Below, piece by piece: positions 12,484 through 27,221 of a DNA stretch of 64,000 bases; the stretch's first letter is position 1; every line of letters starts with the position of its first letter. The notes below the pieces were generated by a model that did not search any database, was not told the origin of the DNA, and worked only from the letters and a program-made list of their open reading frames with translations. A program made the position numbers and the translations under genes. Location: NCBI RefSeq assembly GCF_009914755.1, contig NC_060937.1; one strand, written 5' to 3'. This DNA comes from the human T2T-CHM13v2.0 reference genome, Homo sapiens.

Positions 12484-14015
12484 AGTTCATATGGAACAAA
12501 AAAAGAGCCTGCATAGCCAAGACAATCCTAAGCCAAAAGAACACAGCTGGAGGCATCACGCTACGTGACTTCAAACTATACTACAAGGCTACAGCAACCA
12601 AAACAGCATGGTACTTGTAGCAAAACAGATATATAGACCAATGGAACAGAACGGAGCCCTCAGAAATAATGCCAATCTACAACTATCTGATCTTGACAAA
12701 CCTGACAAAAACAAGAAATGGGGAAAGAATTTCTTATTTAATAAATGGTGCTGGGAAAACTGGCTAACCATATGTAGAAAGCTGAAACTGGATCCTTTCC
12801 TTACACCTTATACAAAAATTAATTCAAGATGGATTAAAGACTTAAATGTAAGACCTAAAACCATTAAAACCCTAGAAGAAAATCTGGGTAATACCATTCA
12901 GGACATAGGCATGGACAAAGACGTCATGACTAAAACACCAAAAGCAATGGCAACAAATGCCAAAATAGACAAATGAGATCTAATTAAACTAAAGAGCTTC
13001 TACACATGAAAAAAAGCTTACCATTAGAGTGAACAGGCGACCTACAGAATGGGAGAAAATTTTTGCAATCTACCCATCTGACAAAGGGCTAATATCCAGA
13101 ATCTACAAAGAACTTAAACAAATTTACAAGAAAAAACAACCCCATCAAAAAGTGGTTGAATGATATGAACAGACACTTCTCAAAAGAAGACATTTATGCA
13201 GCCAACAGACACATTGAAAAAATGCTCATCATCACTGGTCATCAGAGAAATGCAAATCAAAACCACAATGTGATACCATATCATGCCAGTTAGAATGACA
13301 ATCATTAAAAAGTCAGGAAACAACAGATGCTGTAGAGGATGTGGAGAAATAGGAACACTTTTACACTGCTGGTGGGAGTGTAAATTAGCTCAACCATTGT
13401 GGAAGACAGTGTGGCGATTCCTCAAGGATCTAGAACTAGAAATACCATTTGACCCAACAATTCCATTACTGGGTATATACCCAAAGGATTATAAATCATG
13501 CTACTATAAAGACACATGCACATATATGTTTATTGCAGCACTATTCACAATAGTAAAGACTTAGAACCAACCCAAATGTCCATCAGTGATAGACTGGATT
13601 AAGAAAATGTGGCACGTATACACCATGGAATACTATGCAGCCATAAAAAAGGATGAGTTCATGTCTGATGAGTTCATGTCCTTTGCAGGGACATGGATGA
13701 AGCTGGAAACCATCATTCTCAACAAACTATCACAATGACAGAAAACGAAGCACTGCATGTTCTCTCACTCATAGGTGGGAATTGAACAATGCGAACACTT
13801 GGACACAGGGCAGGGAACATCATATACTGGGTCTTGTTGGGGGGGTGGGGGGCTGGGGGAGGGATAGCATTAGGAGAACTACCTAATATAAATGACGAGT
13901 TAATGGGTGCAGCAAACCATCATGGCACATGTATACCTATGTAACAAACCTGTGCATTGTGCACATGTACCGTAGAACTTAAAGTATAATAATAATAATA
14001 ATACATTATTGCTAA

Positions 14016-15223
14016 CTAGTTACCCTGCTGTGCAGAAAACTAACAGTGTGTTTCTAGTGTGCTATTGAACCCTAGAAGTTATTCCTTCTACCTTACTGTG
14101 TGTTTGTACCCATGATACAAACCTCCATTAATCCCCTCTACCCTTTCCAGCCTTTGATAACCATCATTCTACTGTCTACATTCATGATATCAACTTTTTA
14201 GCTCCCACATGTGAGTGAGAACATACAATATTTGTCTTTCTGTGCCTGGCTGATTTCATAATAACTTCCGTTGCTATCTATGTTGCTGCAAATGACAAGA
14301 TTTCATTCTTTTTCATAGCAAAATGGTACTCCATCATGTAGAGATACCACATTTTCTTTATCCATTCACCTGTTGATGGAAACAGGTTAATTCCATATCT
14401 TGGCTATTGTGAATAGTGTTGCAATAAACATGAGAGTAAAAGTATCCCGTTGATATACTGATTTCCTTTCCTTTGTGTGAATACCCAATAATGAGAATGC
14501 TGGATCATATGGGAGTTCTATGATTAGTTTTTTGAGAAACCTCCATATGGTTTTCCATAATGGCTATACTAATTTGCATTGCCACCAATGGTGTCTATAT
14601 GTGTTCTGTTTTCTCCACATCCTCACCAGCATTTGTTATTTTTTATCTATTTGATAATAGCTATTCTAACTAGAGTGAGCTGATATTGTGGTTTTGATTT
14701 GTTTCCCTGATGATTAGTGATGTTGAGCATTTACTTATGCACCTGTTGGCCAATTTTAAGTCTTTTTTTGAGAACTATCTATTCAGATATTTTTTCCACT
14801 TTTTAATGGGATTATTTGGTATTTTTTTGCTTTTGAGTTCATTGAGTTCTCTGTGTATTCTAAATATTAGGCCCTTTTAAGATGCATAACTTACAAATAT
14901 TTTCTCCCATTCTATAGGTTGTCTTTTCACTTGTTGATGGTTTCCTTTGGTGTGCAGAAGCTTTTTTAGTTTAACATAGTCCTATTTGTCTGTTTTTGGT
15001 TTTCTGCCAGTGCTTTTGAGGTCTTACCAAAAAAGACTTTGTCTATACCAGTGTCCTAATGTGTTTTCTTTATGCTTTTTTTTTCTAGTAGTTTTATGGT
15101 TTCAGGTCATATGTTTAAATCTTTAATCCATTTTGATTTTACTTTTGTATATGGTGAGGGATTGGAGTCTAGTTTCATCCTTCTGCCTATGAAATATCCA
15201 GTTTTTCCAGGATCATTTACTGA
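14016..15223 (-). mobile_element. L1MA (antisense), second part
   Basis: Resumes after the L1PA TSD; ctcccacatgtgagtgagaacat, gtgcagaagcttttt. Confidence 0.85.
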
Positions 15224-16042
15224 GAGGTTATAACAACCTAGCCACAAGCCTGTCTTTTATGTGCAAACAAACCAGTCCAGAGCCATACCTCCACTACCTG
15301 GCCAGTAAACCCCAAGAGGCAATAATCCTCTGCCTTAATCATCCCAGGGCCAGGTGCCAAGCAACTAGGAAGCATAAAACTATTCCATATTTTGTAAAGT
15401 TATTCAGGCTTGCCAGTCCTACACTGTTCACCTTGCCCTGTCTTGCTTTTTCCATGGAAACCCCAATAAAGGTCGTTGCCTAATGCTTTCCCCTTATTCC
15501 TGCCTTCTGTCTCCCAACCACACTTCTTTTTCCCACGTAGTCATGTGTGTTAATATGGTTTGGCTCTGTGTCCCCACCCAAATCTCATGCTGAATTTGGG
15601 AGAGGAACCTGGTGGGAGGTGATTGGATCATGGGGGCAGATTTCTCCCTTGCTGTTCTCATGATAGTGAGTGAGTTATCATGAAATCTGGTTGTTTAAAA
15701 TTGTGTAGCACTTTCCCACTTGCCCTCTCTCCTACTGGCCATGTGAAGTAGTGCTTGCCTACCCTTCACCTCCTACCAAGACTGTAAGTTTTCCGAGGCC
15801 TCCCCAGCCATGCTTCCTGCACAACCTGTGGAACTGTGAACCAATTAAACCTCTTATCTTTATAAATTATCCAGTCTCAGGTAGTTCTTTATAGCAATGT
15901 GAGAAGGGACTAATACATGTGGTGTGCTGTTTCTCCTGTTTCTAGGACCTGTGAGTATAATGAACCTTGTTTTCCCTGAGCCTCTTCTTTGTACCCTATT
16001 GTGGCCACACCTGACTGACCACCTCATAAAAGAATATAAAAC
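15224..16042 (+). mobile_element. ERV1-type LTR, 3' part (MER39-like), interrupted by MST
   Basis: aataaa at ~15465; ends ...gaatataaaaca just before old L1 resumes. Confidence 0.55.
15551..15917 (+). mobile_element. MSTA-type MaLR solo LTR
   Basis: taatatggtttggctctgtgtccccacccaaatctc...gactaataca; 5-bp TSD tgtgt/tgtgg. Confidence 0.9.
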
Positions 16043-16580
16043 ATCATATAATCCAGGAATCTACTCCTAGGTATATATTCAAGAGAAATGAAACCATACA
16101 TCTACACTAAAACTATTTACAGCAGCTTTATTCATAGTAGTAAATAAGTAGAAAGCACCCAAATGTTCACCAATGAATAAATAAATAAAGTATATCTTTA
16201 CAATGAAATATGATTCATCAATAAAAAAATTAAGTCCTAATATGTATTATGTCATGGATAAATCATGGAAACATTATGCTAAGTGAATAAATCCAGCCAC
16301 AAAAGACAATATATGGTACACTTTCATTCATGTGAAATGACCCAAATAGGCCAATCCGTAAAGATAGAAAGCAGACTAGTGGTTTCCAGGGGCTAATTGT
16401 GCTGGGAATAGGGAGTGACCTCTAATATGTATGAGATTTCTTTTTGAATGATAATGAACTATTGTAAAATTAGATAGTGGTGATGATTGCACAACTCTGA
16501 ATGTTATTAAAACCATGGAATTGTACAAATTAAAAGGGTTAATTTTATTGTCTGTAAATATATTTTAATAGCACTGTTGA
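16043..16580 (+). mobile_element. Old L1M 3' end
   Basis: aaacattatgctaagtgaa, agtggtgatgattgcacaactctgaat. Confidence 0.8.
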
Positions 16581-19282
16581 TAGAGAAATAGATACAAACT
16601 AACGTTTATGAACTATGTAATGCTGAAACTTAACCAGTCTGAAATTCAGTTTTTTAGCTAGAAAGTAAAAATTTTAATGCCTTCTGTTAACTCAGAAATT
16701 TAAGTATCATGATAGTTAAAACCGGTGCAAATATGCCTTGCAAATTGTGATACCTTCAAAAAATTTAAGCTATTATTATTATTGACCAACTTATCAAATA
16801 AATACTGTCAAGTTCTCATTTGGTTGCTTAAACTCCTTCTGGGATAAGTTATATTTATGTATTAGTTATTTATCTTACAAAAATTTAAATATATTTCCTT
16901 TGGGTTTTTCATGACATTGAAAGTATAATAATATTTGAATCAGGCTTTTTAAAGTTGATATCTTGATTAATGGATATTTCTTGAGATTCTGCTTTAGAGA
17001 ACCTGTAAGGACTGGACATCATGGGGGCTATAAAAAACACAAAATGTTGCTCTTTCCAAGTGCAGATATAAAATTTTGAATGTATACATATATCTGTGTG
17101 TGTGTATGTGTATAAATACATGTTTTACATGTAGGCACACATACATATTAGAACAAAATAACTGCCATTCTGTTTATAAAGTTTATATATTTGGTCTATC
17201 TATGTGCAATTTCTAAAAAATATTTAAGAACTCTTTTAGGAAAAATGTAAAAAAACACTTTATGACTTATTAAAATTCCTATTTTTCTATCCATTTGATT
17301 GGTAAAACAGGGAAAAGTTCAACAACACTAAATATCAATAATGATATAGAGTACTGAGGAATCATAAGCTCTGCTGGTGACCATATCATTTTGTACTATA
17401 AAAATATAGTTAAAAACTACATTTTAACTATATTTTAGCCAAAGAATATATATATAATTGACTTCCTTAAAGTCATGTTAATAAAGAGGTTTTGAAAAAC
17501 AGATTTTTTATTCTTGTTTTGTCTGATTGATAAGAATCTTTCATGTGAGATTACTTTGAAATAATACAATCCTTAACCTCATTTGCTTCTCCCACTTCTT
17601 TTCATAAATATACCTATTATATATAACTCTACTTGTCACCTACCATGTCTGCATAGATGTGACATTCCTTAATCTTTTTGTCCCACAATGAATTTGTAGA
17701 TTAAAGAAATAAATGGAAAGCAGTTTAGAGATTATTCTAGTGTGATTGTGTGCACACCCTTGTACACTCTATGAAAGCAGAAGAATGCATTTTTAAGCCT
17801 TCTTCAGCAACCTGTCAAACTTAATTTGTGTCAATTATATTGCTGTTGATAGGCACTCTCAAGGTGGAGAATCATACAGTACATTTTAGTTTGCCAAGAC
17901 TCATTTTTCTTCAAGGAAAAGTATTGTCTAGCTTATTTTTTTAACTACTGAAAGTTGTCATACCTTGATCCATAATACCACATGAATAAAAATTCATCTT
18001 TATAATACATAATTACTTCCCAGACCTTGACTTTGCAGACTCTTTTTGTCCTGAGGATATAACGCTCAAAAGGTTTTTTTTTTTTTCCTCAGCGTAACAT
18101 GATTAGCTCTGAAAAGAAGCCGTATTTCTGAGAAGGATGAGATATTACCCTCTATGAAGAACACTTGATAAGAATTCCTCACACTTGAGATTGAAAAAAG
18201 AAAAAAAAACCATTATTTTTGGTCTGAAATATCACCCACCCATTCACAACATGTCAAAAGAGACCACTGCTGGCTGCATTAGTCAATTTTTTGGAGCCAT
18301 CTGCCCACACTGTGGGATATAGTACAGCCAGAATGAGCACTGCAGGTACTGAGAAAATGCCAGAAGTGGTCTTAGTCAAGATAATTCATTGGCTGGTAGA
18401 AAGAGAATTGCTTGGCTTATAGGACATAGAGATTGAAAACGGAGAACAGTTGCCCTTTAAAAAAATGTCGTGTTGCCCTGAGTTCTTGTACATGTCTTTT
18501 GGCCCATAAGATTTACATCTCTCTGTCTCTTCAAGGTGTCAATTATAGTATTTTTGAGTGAAATTCTATCTGACTGAAAGAACTAAGTATCCTGCTGCAA
18601 AGGAACACCCTATGTATCTCTGACTAAATTGACTACCTAATAAGAGCAAAGCAAATGAGGAGGAAAAGCATATTTTATCTCTTTTAGGCTTGTTGCCTGA
18701 TTTTACTAAGTGCAATATGTTTCCTATTAGTATTTCAATATATGTATTTATTTTTAGAACTGCTTATAGATACATCCATGTCCCCTAATTCAAAATAGTA
18801 TTAGCAGGAAAATATCTGTATATTGGTTATCTTGACTAATAGCCTTAATTTAACCTTCGATTTTTAGTTCTGCAACATTTCTAAACAGACTTCTATGTTA
18901 ATATGTTTAAACAGTTTTTTTCCACAGTTAATTATTTCAGATTCTTTAATAGCTTAAAAGGGTATTTTAATTTTACAAATTTACATTAGTTCAACAAGTA
19001 GTAAATATCATGGCAATCTGAGCTCTATTTATTATTATCTTGAAATTATAGAAGTGGCTAGGAAATTTCTGAGTTTAGTTGAAATATAGTACATCATATG
19101 GTATTGAGTATACATTTGTTAATTTATCTACTTTTTCTCTTACAATTTTATGAGGTTTTTGGTTTGTTTTTCTTTAGTGCTTGCTATGTCTCTGTAGTGC
19201 TTTGGGAGGTAAAAGGAATTCATGTATAAAATATAGACACTATTCTCTAGATCTTACTACATACTACAGTTGAGTAGTCTAG

Positions 19283-19675
<393 letters not shown>

Positions 19676-20479
19676 TAATTTCTATAAAAGAAGAGAAAAT
19701 CGTTCTTAACTAAAAGATCTGGGATTCTTTTCTTGATTCATGAACAATTGCTTTGAGCCTTTATTCCAATAAAATAATATACATTTAATGTTAAATGGCT
19801 TGTTACAGTTTTTATAAGTTACTCAAGATGCTTGATATTAGTTAAACATTTAAGTAAATCAGTGGCTATTTGGGTTTTTTCAAATACTCGTATAACTAAA
19901 TTTAATATACATACATATTATATATCCTCTATTATACATTATATAATATAATGCATATATGTGTGTGTGTGTGCATGCAGCTACTATTTAGAACCATCAT
20001 TTACACAGAATGCTGAATATCATAGATGATAAGTGTTGGCTGAAAAAAGATAACTCATTTCAAGAGGAGATCTCAATGTGCTTCACTACTGAAAACATTT
20101 TGGTACATCTTGAACCAAAAATAAACAAAGTTTAAATGATCTATTTAATTGTATCAGACTGATCTATTTCAGAAAACATTGCTCCATTTCCACTGTTGGA
20201 AATTGCTTTTTACTCCTAAACTCACAGCAGTTAAGGAAAATTGTGTGACCTTTCTCATACAATTGCTATAATTAATAAAACTGACAATTATTGGTTCCAA
20301 GAAATGAATATCATTTCCTTATAAATGTCTCACCAAGGTCCTGGCAGAAGGCATGGCACTCCGATTTTTATAATGAGAAAGTAGTACCTACAAATGGGTA
20401 GACAATGCTTTTTATGAAAAATATGAAAAATACTTTCTATTAAAGCAATAGTAAAGATAATAGTTGGTCTTAGTAACTT

Positions 20480-20920
20480 TACCCAAAGCCTCAGAATGTA
20501 ATCTTATTTGGAAATAGGATCTTTGCAAATGTAGTTAAGGTAGGGATCAGGATGAAATCATGCTGAATTAGGGTGGATCATAAACACAATGTAAGTGTTC
20601 TTTTAACAAACAGAAAAAGAAAACTGAGACACACACACAAAAAGGCTATGTGAAGACGGAGGCAGAGATTAAAGTGATGCCACAGTAAAACAAGAGATGC
20701 CAAGGATTGCTGGGGAGAGACCACTGGAAGATAGAAAGGGGCAAGGAACTATTTCAAGAAAGATTCTTCTCTAGACCTTTTGAGAGCGCATGGCCCTGAC
20801 AATATATTTGTTTCAGACTTCTAGTCTACAGAAATGCAATAGAATAAATCAATAAATCTCTGTTGTTTCAAACCACCAAGTTTGTGGTAATTTTTATGAC
20901 ATCCCTAAGAAACAAATACA
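20480..20920 (+). mobile_element. MLT1B/C-type LTR
   Basis: cctcagaatgtaatcttatttggaaatagg...gtttgtggtaattt...aaataca. Confidence 0.8.
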
Positions 20921-21149
20921 GTGATGTAGCACAATTTGAGCCACATTTTGCCTCAAATAGGTTTTGACATCCTGGTTTCCGACTCTTAATCATACTTCAT
21001 GGATGAACTACACAATTCCACCCATTCCTCCACTTGTGTACCTAGTCCTAATGCTCATCAGTCTCCATAGGAATGTGGTACTAGGTCTTCTTGTTCTTAT
21101 TGAGTTTTCCTATCTACTGGATCAATTACCTTAACTTTAATATATCCTG

Positions 21150-21665
21150 GGAAGAAAGAGAAAGTCCTAATTCCACCCCTTGACTCCACATTGCCCTCCA
21201 ACTAACATTTCTTCTCTCTCCTCTTTCACACGAAACTTTTCTATATTCACGGTCCACAATTAGCTTTGTCTCATTCTCTCTTGAACCACTCCAGACAAGT
21301 ATTGTTCCCATTATTCCGCAAAAAGTTTTTGTCAAGATAACTACCACATTGTCAAATTCACTGGTAAACTCTTTTTATCTTTTGTCTTCTCCATACCATT
21401 TGTTAACAAATTTTAAATGCCATTTGAAATACATTCTTTACTGTTTTAGTAGGTACCATGTTCTCCATTTTCCTTTCATTTTACTGTCTTCTTCTGACTT
21501 GTCCTGAACACTCTTTTCCGGACCTCTAAATGGTGTAGTGCTCAAGCCTCAGTCCTCATATCTCTTTTTTTCATTAACTGTCCTCTTTTTCATGGCAATC
21601 TCACTCAGCTTCAAGGCTTTAAATCCCCCATATGCTGATTTCTCTAGAATTTAAATATCAAGCCT
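21150..21665 (+). mobile_element. L2 fragment
   Basis: Degenerate CT-rich L2 ORF2 motifs (ccactcca..., tctaaatggtg..gtgctcaa, ctttaaat..ccatatgctga). Confidence 0.6.
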
Positions 21666-21681
21666 AAACTAGAACTGACTA

Positions 21682-21972
<291 letters not shown>

Positions 21973-22816
21973 CAAAATAAGTGAGTAACATGGGTTTTTG
22001 GGGTATAACATTTAAAAGCTTAGAATTATACTGAGACTAAAAATCAGGTTTCTAACCAATAAGATACAGAAACAGAAGCCTGGCTATAATTTTTTAAATT
22101 GCTTCACTTATTCATGAGGTTTGCTATTAAGAAAAGAAATTGAAGATAGTTCTGGGATTCCACAAGTATCACAGAATTTGCTTAATTGAGGCAGAGACGG
22201 CTGGATTGGTTTCTTTCTACTTTACTACTGAAGAAACTTTAATGTTCTTCAAGGTTCTAATGCAAACTATTATAGAAACACATTTCCCAATCTTCTGAAA
22301 AGGCATGTAACTAAGACAGCCAATCACATTCAGCAAAACTGTGTTCCGCAAAGAAAAGAATAAATGCTTCCTGCCTTCTTCCTCATTTTAGCTGTCTTGA
22401 ACATGAATACAATGCCTCAAGCATCAGCAGCTATATCTTAGCCCAGGAGGTGTCCTTGAGGATAGAGGTCACCATGGCTCACCAAAAAGAGAGAAAGAAA
22501 TTGTGTCTCTGGTGACCTCCTGGATCCAAAATACCAGCCTTGAAATACTTTCCCGCCTGGTATGTTCATGTTCCTGTATTTAAGCTTCCATTACTTTAAC
22601 CAAACCTAATCCTAACCGGTACTTTACTTTGTATCTGAAAGGAAAGTGCTTCAGGTAATATAAAAACTGAATTTGGCTAAATAAAAGATTTGAGGTATTA
22701 GAAGCACTGATGACTGATTTTGTAGGCTGAGAAACTTTACTAATCTGTAATATGTTTTACAGATAACTATACATTAGAAGTCTTTCTTCATACTTATCAG
22801 TAAGAGCGATAATTGA

Positions 22817-23125
22817 GGCCAGGCGTGGTTGCTCACGCTTGCAACCTCAGCACTTTGGGACTTTGGGAGGCCGAGGCAAGTGGATCACCTGAGGTCAGAA
22901 GTTTGAGACCAGCCTGGCCAAAATGGCGAAACCCCGTCTCTACTAAAAATAAAAAACTTAGCTGGGTATGGTGGCATGTGCCTGTAATCCCAGCTACTCG
23001 GGAGGCTGAGGCAGAAGAATTATTGCTTGAACCCAGCAGGCAGAGGTTGCAGTGAGTCAAGATCTCACCATTGCACTCCATCCTGAGTGAAAAGAGCAAA
23101 ACTCTGTCTCAAAAAAAAAAAAAAA
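22817..23125 (+). mobile_element. AluS
   Basis: TSD agcgataattga / agtgataattga. Confidence 0.95.
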
Positions 23126-23420
23126 GTGATAATTGAATAAATTATAAAAATTTGGTCTATATTTGCAGTTCTTTATTAGTAAACACCTGAGACAGATAAG
23201 ATCAGATTAAAGCCAGAAAATTTTAAAACAGAGATGGATAAGTTAAGAGACCTCTACTCATTGAATAAAAACTTAGTCAACTGAATATTTTGTAATGTGG
23301 AATACTGAAGGTGTCATCTCTTTCTTCTGTTCCTTAAGTTAAAGGTATTATAACTGGAGGAGGTAAAATTACAGTCTTAGGCAATATGCATGACAATCAT
23401 AAAATACTCATAAGCCCTTT

Positions 23421-23960
23421 TGTCAGAGGTGTTTGAACCAGAGCGACTCCATTTTGAGTAAGGGCTAGGAAAATGAGCCTGGGACTTACTAGGCAGCATT
23501 TTCAGAAAGTTAGGCATTCCTAGCCTCTAGATGTTTATGGTTAAGGGATCAAATTAATAATGTTTACTAAAAAGACCCAGAATTGGGATCGTCCAGATAT
23601 CCTGATACCTGGAGAACAAAGGCATTCCTAATTTTGTTTGAAAGATAATAATATATATTCTTGCAAAATATAGTCATTAATAAAATTAATCTTTTATCAC
23701 AAACCTTTGTAGCCGAGCATATCTCCCCAAGATCATTTTTTTATCCTATACATATACAAGCATTGTACCTAGAGTGTACATGTACCTCCTCTTACTTTCG
23801 GGAACGTCCTACACTGTATATGGAGAAGCTGTGCTTTCATCACTTTACTTTCTTAATAAACTTGCTTTTACTTTGCACTCAGACTTACCCTGAATTATTT
23901 CTTGCACAAGATCCAAGAACCCTCTCTTGAGGTCTAGATTGGAACCCCTGTCCTGTAACA
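23421..23960 (+). mobile_element. MER41 solo LTR
   Basis: tgtcagaggtgtttgaaccagagcgactccat...cctgtaaca; 4-bp TSD cttt; aataaa ~23855. Confidence 0.9.
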
Positions 23961-25723
23961 CTTTGAGAAGGAAAGTAGATATGTTACCTCTTCATTCAAA
24001 TCTATTACTTTAAATGGTTTTAAGACAGCTGTAGTTAATTTGAGGGGTAGGTTGATAAGTAAAATATACAGACAAGTAATAAAAACTGGTAATGTTCAAG
24101 CTCAAAGTCTGTGGGACTGTAGGTAAAATATGTTTTATACTTTTTCACAGTCAGGTCTTTTGAAGAAAATTTTGCTGAAACTTGGGACCTAGGATCTCTG
24201 GATGTTAATTTCTGACAGATAAGATAATGAGAACTTCAGAGAGATTTACTTCTTGGGAAGAATATTTCAAGAGTGAATAAAACTTGGGATCATGAGACGC
24301 TAGAGTTATAAAGCTGGAGACGCTGGTCTTATTTTTCCTCAGGAGAGAATTATTTACATATCAATAGATTAAAGTAATGACTCAGGATCCTTCCCATAGT
24401 GTTTCCAAGGAGACTCAGGGAGTGAGGGCAACCGAATTTTTCTCCTGTAGAGACCTGTACATGGAGTGTGACAGCTGTCTTTTATTACCTCATTGTGTAA
24501 GAATTGAGTCACTTGGAAACAACACAGTTATCATTTGTAGTAAGTAAATAATAATAATTTTCTCTGGTCCAGAAACCTTATGTGTACATTTAGGATAATA
24601 CCAATACATAAAGATATTAAAAACTTAAAAACCAATATCTTACAAAAGGGTTGACTTTTAAATATGTCCATGGAACTTACAAAAAACCGACAAGAAACCT
24701 TTTGAATTGTTGATGGAATTATAATGTCAAATGAATGCTAACTTGGCATAAAACAGACCAAGACTGTTAAATGTTTTAAAAAAGCACCAGAGCTCCCTCA
24801 CTCCAATTAATAAGAAATTTGCTGCTAAAACTTTGACATGCCCAGGAAATATGTACTCTCCAATACCCATCTCAAATATGGGCACAGAAGATAGAAAATG
24901 ATCAAGTCCTTCCCAGTGATTGGAAGAGGCTGTGAAATGGGCCAAAAAATTATGTTATTTCTCCTTCTAGTTCATGGAATCTTTACTACTCCAACCCACA
25001 AACTGCATTTGTAGGGACTTATGTACTTTCAATTTTCTGTTTCCACATGGGTGTTTTTACTGTGGTTATTCTTTTTGTTCTCCTCTATTGTATGCTGTGC
25101 AGGTTAATTAGTATTTAGTTTATAGATCGCTGTATCACAAATAGCAGCACAAAGCCCTGGTGTATAGATCCTTACTCCATTCAGAGATTCAAGAATTTTT
25201 GCTAGATGCAATAATTGTTTAATTTTTTTCTTTCAGGGAATAGGATCGTTTGTTATTATATAAATCAGTGCACACTTATGAGTAGGTATAGAGCCAGAGT
25301 AGTAAATTATGGACATACTGTTAATTATTAGTTTCTGTATCCATTATTGTTTCCTCTTTATTGAAAGAAAACTGATTGTATTTGGACCAGAACAAAGCAT
25401 TATGTTTTCCAGCCTTCTTTAAAGTTAAGGCTATCTATAAGATAAAGTATATCTGTGTAATTAAATGCTGATCAATAAGATATCAACTGTATTGTTTTGT
25501 GGAGTTCTGTGAAGACTAATAGGAAGGAGTAAGCCCTTCTTTCTCCCTTCTTCATTCATGAGATAAAGAAAGGATACTGACGATGAAGATATGGTAGAAG
25601 ATAAAGATCAAGGGCTTAAAAATATATTTTAATACCTCTCATTAATTCAAACTAGCTGGAATGTTTGGAGAATGACAGTGTAAGATTGATAAATAAGCGG
25701 CCAGAAGCAAGATCATACTAAAA

Positions 25724-25950
25724 GTCTCTCTCTATAGGTATATATATATATATGTGTGTGTGTGTGTATATATATGTGTATATATATGTGTGTATATATG
25801 TGTGTGTATATATATGTGTGTATATATATGTATATATGTGTGTATATATGTGTGTATATATGTATATATGTGTATATATGTGTATATATATGTGTATATA
25901 TATGTGTGTATATGTATATGTATATATATGTGTGTGTGTTTGTGTGTGTA
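25724..25950. repeat. Compound (TA)n/(TG)n microsatellite
   Basis: Directly visible alternating purine-pyrimidine tract. Confidence 0.97.
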
Positions 25951-25954
25951 TTAT

Positions 25955-26400
25955 AGGTCTAAATTAAGAAAACGCCAACTTAGAAACATATAGTAGAAGA
26001 AAGAACATGAACCAAATTCTATTTTCAAAAGATCAGTCCAGTCCAGTGACAATATAAATGTCAGCAGTGAGATCCTTGATAGGTTATGTGAAAAAAAAAA
26101 TAGAAATGATTTGAAGAAGAAATGGGGACTTAAAATCAGGGAGGACAGTTAAGGCAGAAAGTAGTGAGCCCATGGGGTAGGACAATGAAAAAAAAAGGTT
26201 TGAATTCATGAGATATTTTAAAGAGAACATCAACAACATTTATTGAAAAATTTGATGTTCTGGTTGAAGGATTTGAGAAAATAAAGAATAATACCCATGT
26301 TTGTAACTTGCATCTTTCTTCAATAAAAAGAATCAATGAGGATGATGAAATTTAGAGAGAAATATGACGTTTGGTTTGGCATTCTTGTTAGAGTTTTGTC
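25955..26400 (-). mobile_element. L2 fragment
   Basis: Purine-rich degenerate antisense L2 motifs. Confidence 0.5.
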
Positions 26401-26430
26401 TGGATAAAGACCCAAATTGTTTTTCCTCTG

Positions 26431-27221
26431 CTGTCACACCAGCAACACAACAACAAAAATCAACCCAGAACACTTCAGTAATGAAATGTAGGGGAGTGGG
26501 TTTCTCTCCACGAAGCAAGCAATCAATTCTGTAGGAGACACCAACTGGGTGTCCTCGAATTCAATTCCAACACTGTATACCCGGAGATAGCAACAAATCT
26601 CACAGGTTGAGGGCTCAGTCCTCAAAACCGCCCTCCCTTTAGACACCAGTCACGAGTCCAGGACTTCAGAACTTCTAACCAATTGGTTTCAAGTTGAGAT
26701 TCCCACCCACTACCTCCTCTTTGGGTTCAATTAATTCTCTGGAGTAGCTCACAGAACTCCAGAAAACACTTACTTACTTTTTCCAGTTTATTATAAAAGA
26801 TATAGCAAAGACACAGATGAAAAGATGTATGGGACGATGTATGGATGAAGGTGTATGGACCTTCCATGTCCTCCCTGGGTACAGCACCTTTCAGGAACCT
26901 CTATGTGTTCACCTATCCAAAAGTTGTACAAACCCTGTCCCCTTGGGTTTTTGTGAAGGCTTCATTAGTAAGCATGATTGATTAAGTCATCAGCCATTGG
27001 TAATCAATTTGACCATCAGCTTGTCTCCCATTCCTGGAGGTGGGGGTGGGGCAGAATATTCCAACCCTGCAATCATGCTTTTGTCTACAGGATAACCCAT
27101 CCTGAAGCTCTCGGTCAACATTAGCATACAAAAAGACAGCACTTATATATTCCAAGGATTTTAGGAGTTGTATGCCAAGAAGTATTGATGAAAACCAAAT
27201 ATATATTTCACAATATCTCAA
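26431..27221 (-). mobile_element. MER21-type LTR
   Basis: gacaccaactgggtgtcc..aattcaattc, ggttcaattaatt..ctggagtagctcacagaactc, atatttcacaatatc. Confidence 0.75.

Noticed and set aside
13652-13681. 15-bp tandem duplication gatgagttcatgtc (and a similar one at ~5788-5830)
   Set aside because: Ordinary slippage inside decayed L1 copies.
22300-25620. Possible very old MLT1 remnants (~22300-22620 and ~24950-25620)
   Set aside because: Too diverged to delimit or name by eye.
25752-25993. Three overlapping C/V/Y/I/M-rich ORFs
   Set aside because: Translations of a TA/TG microsatellite.
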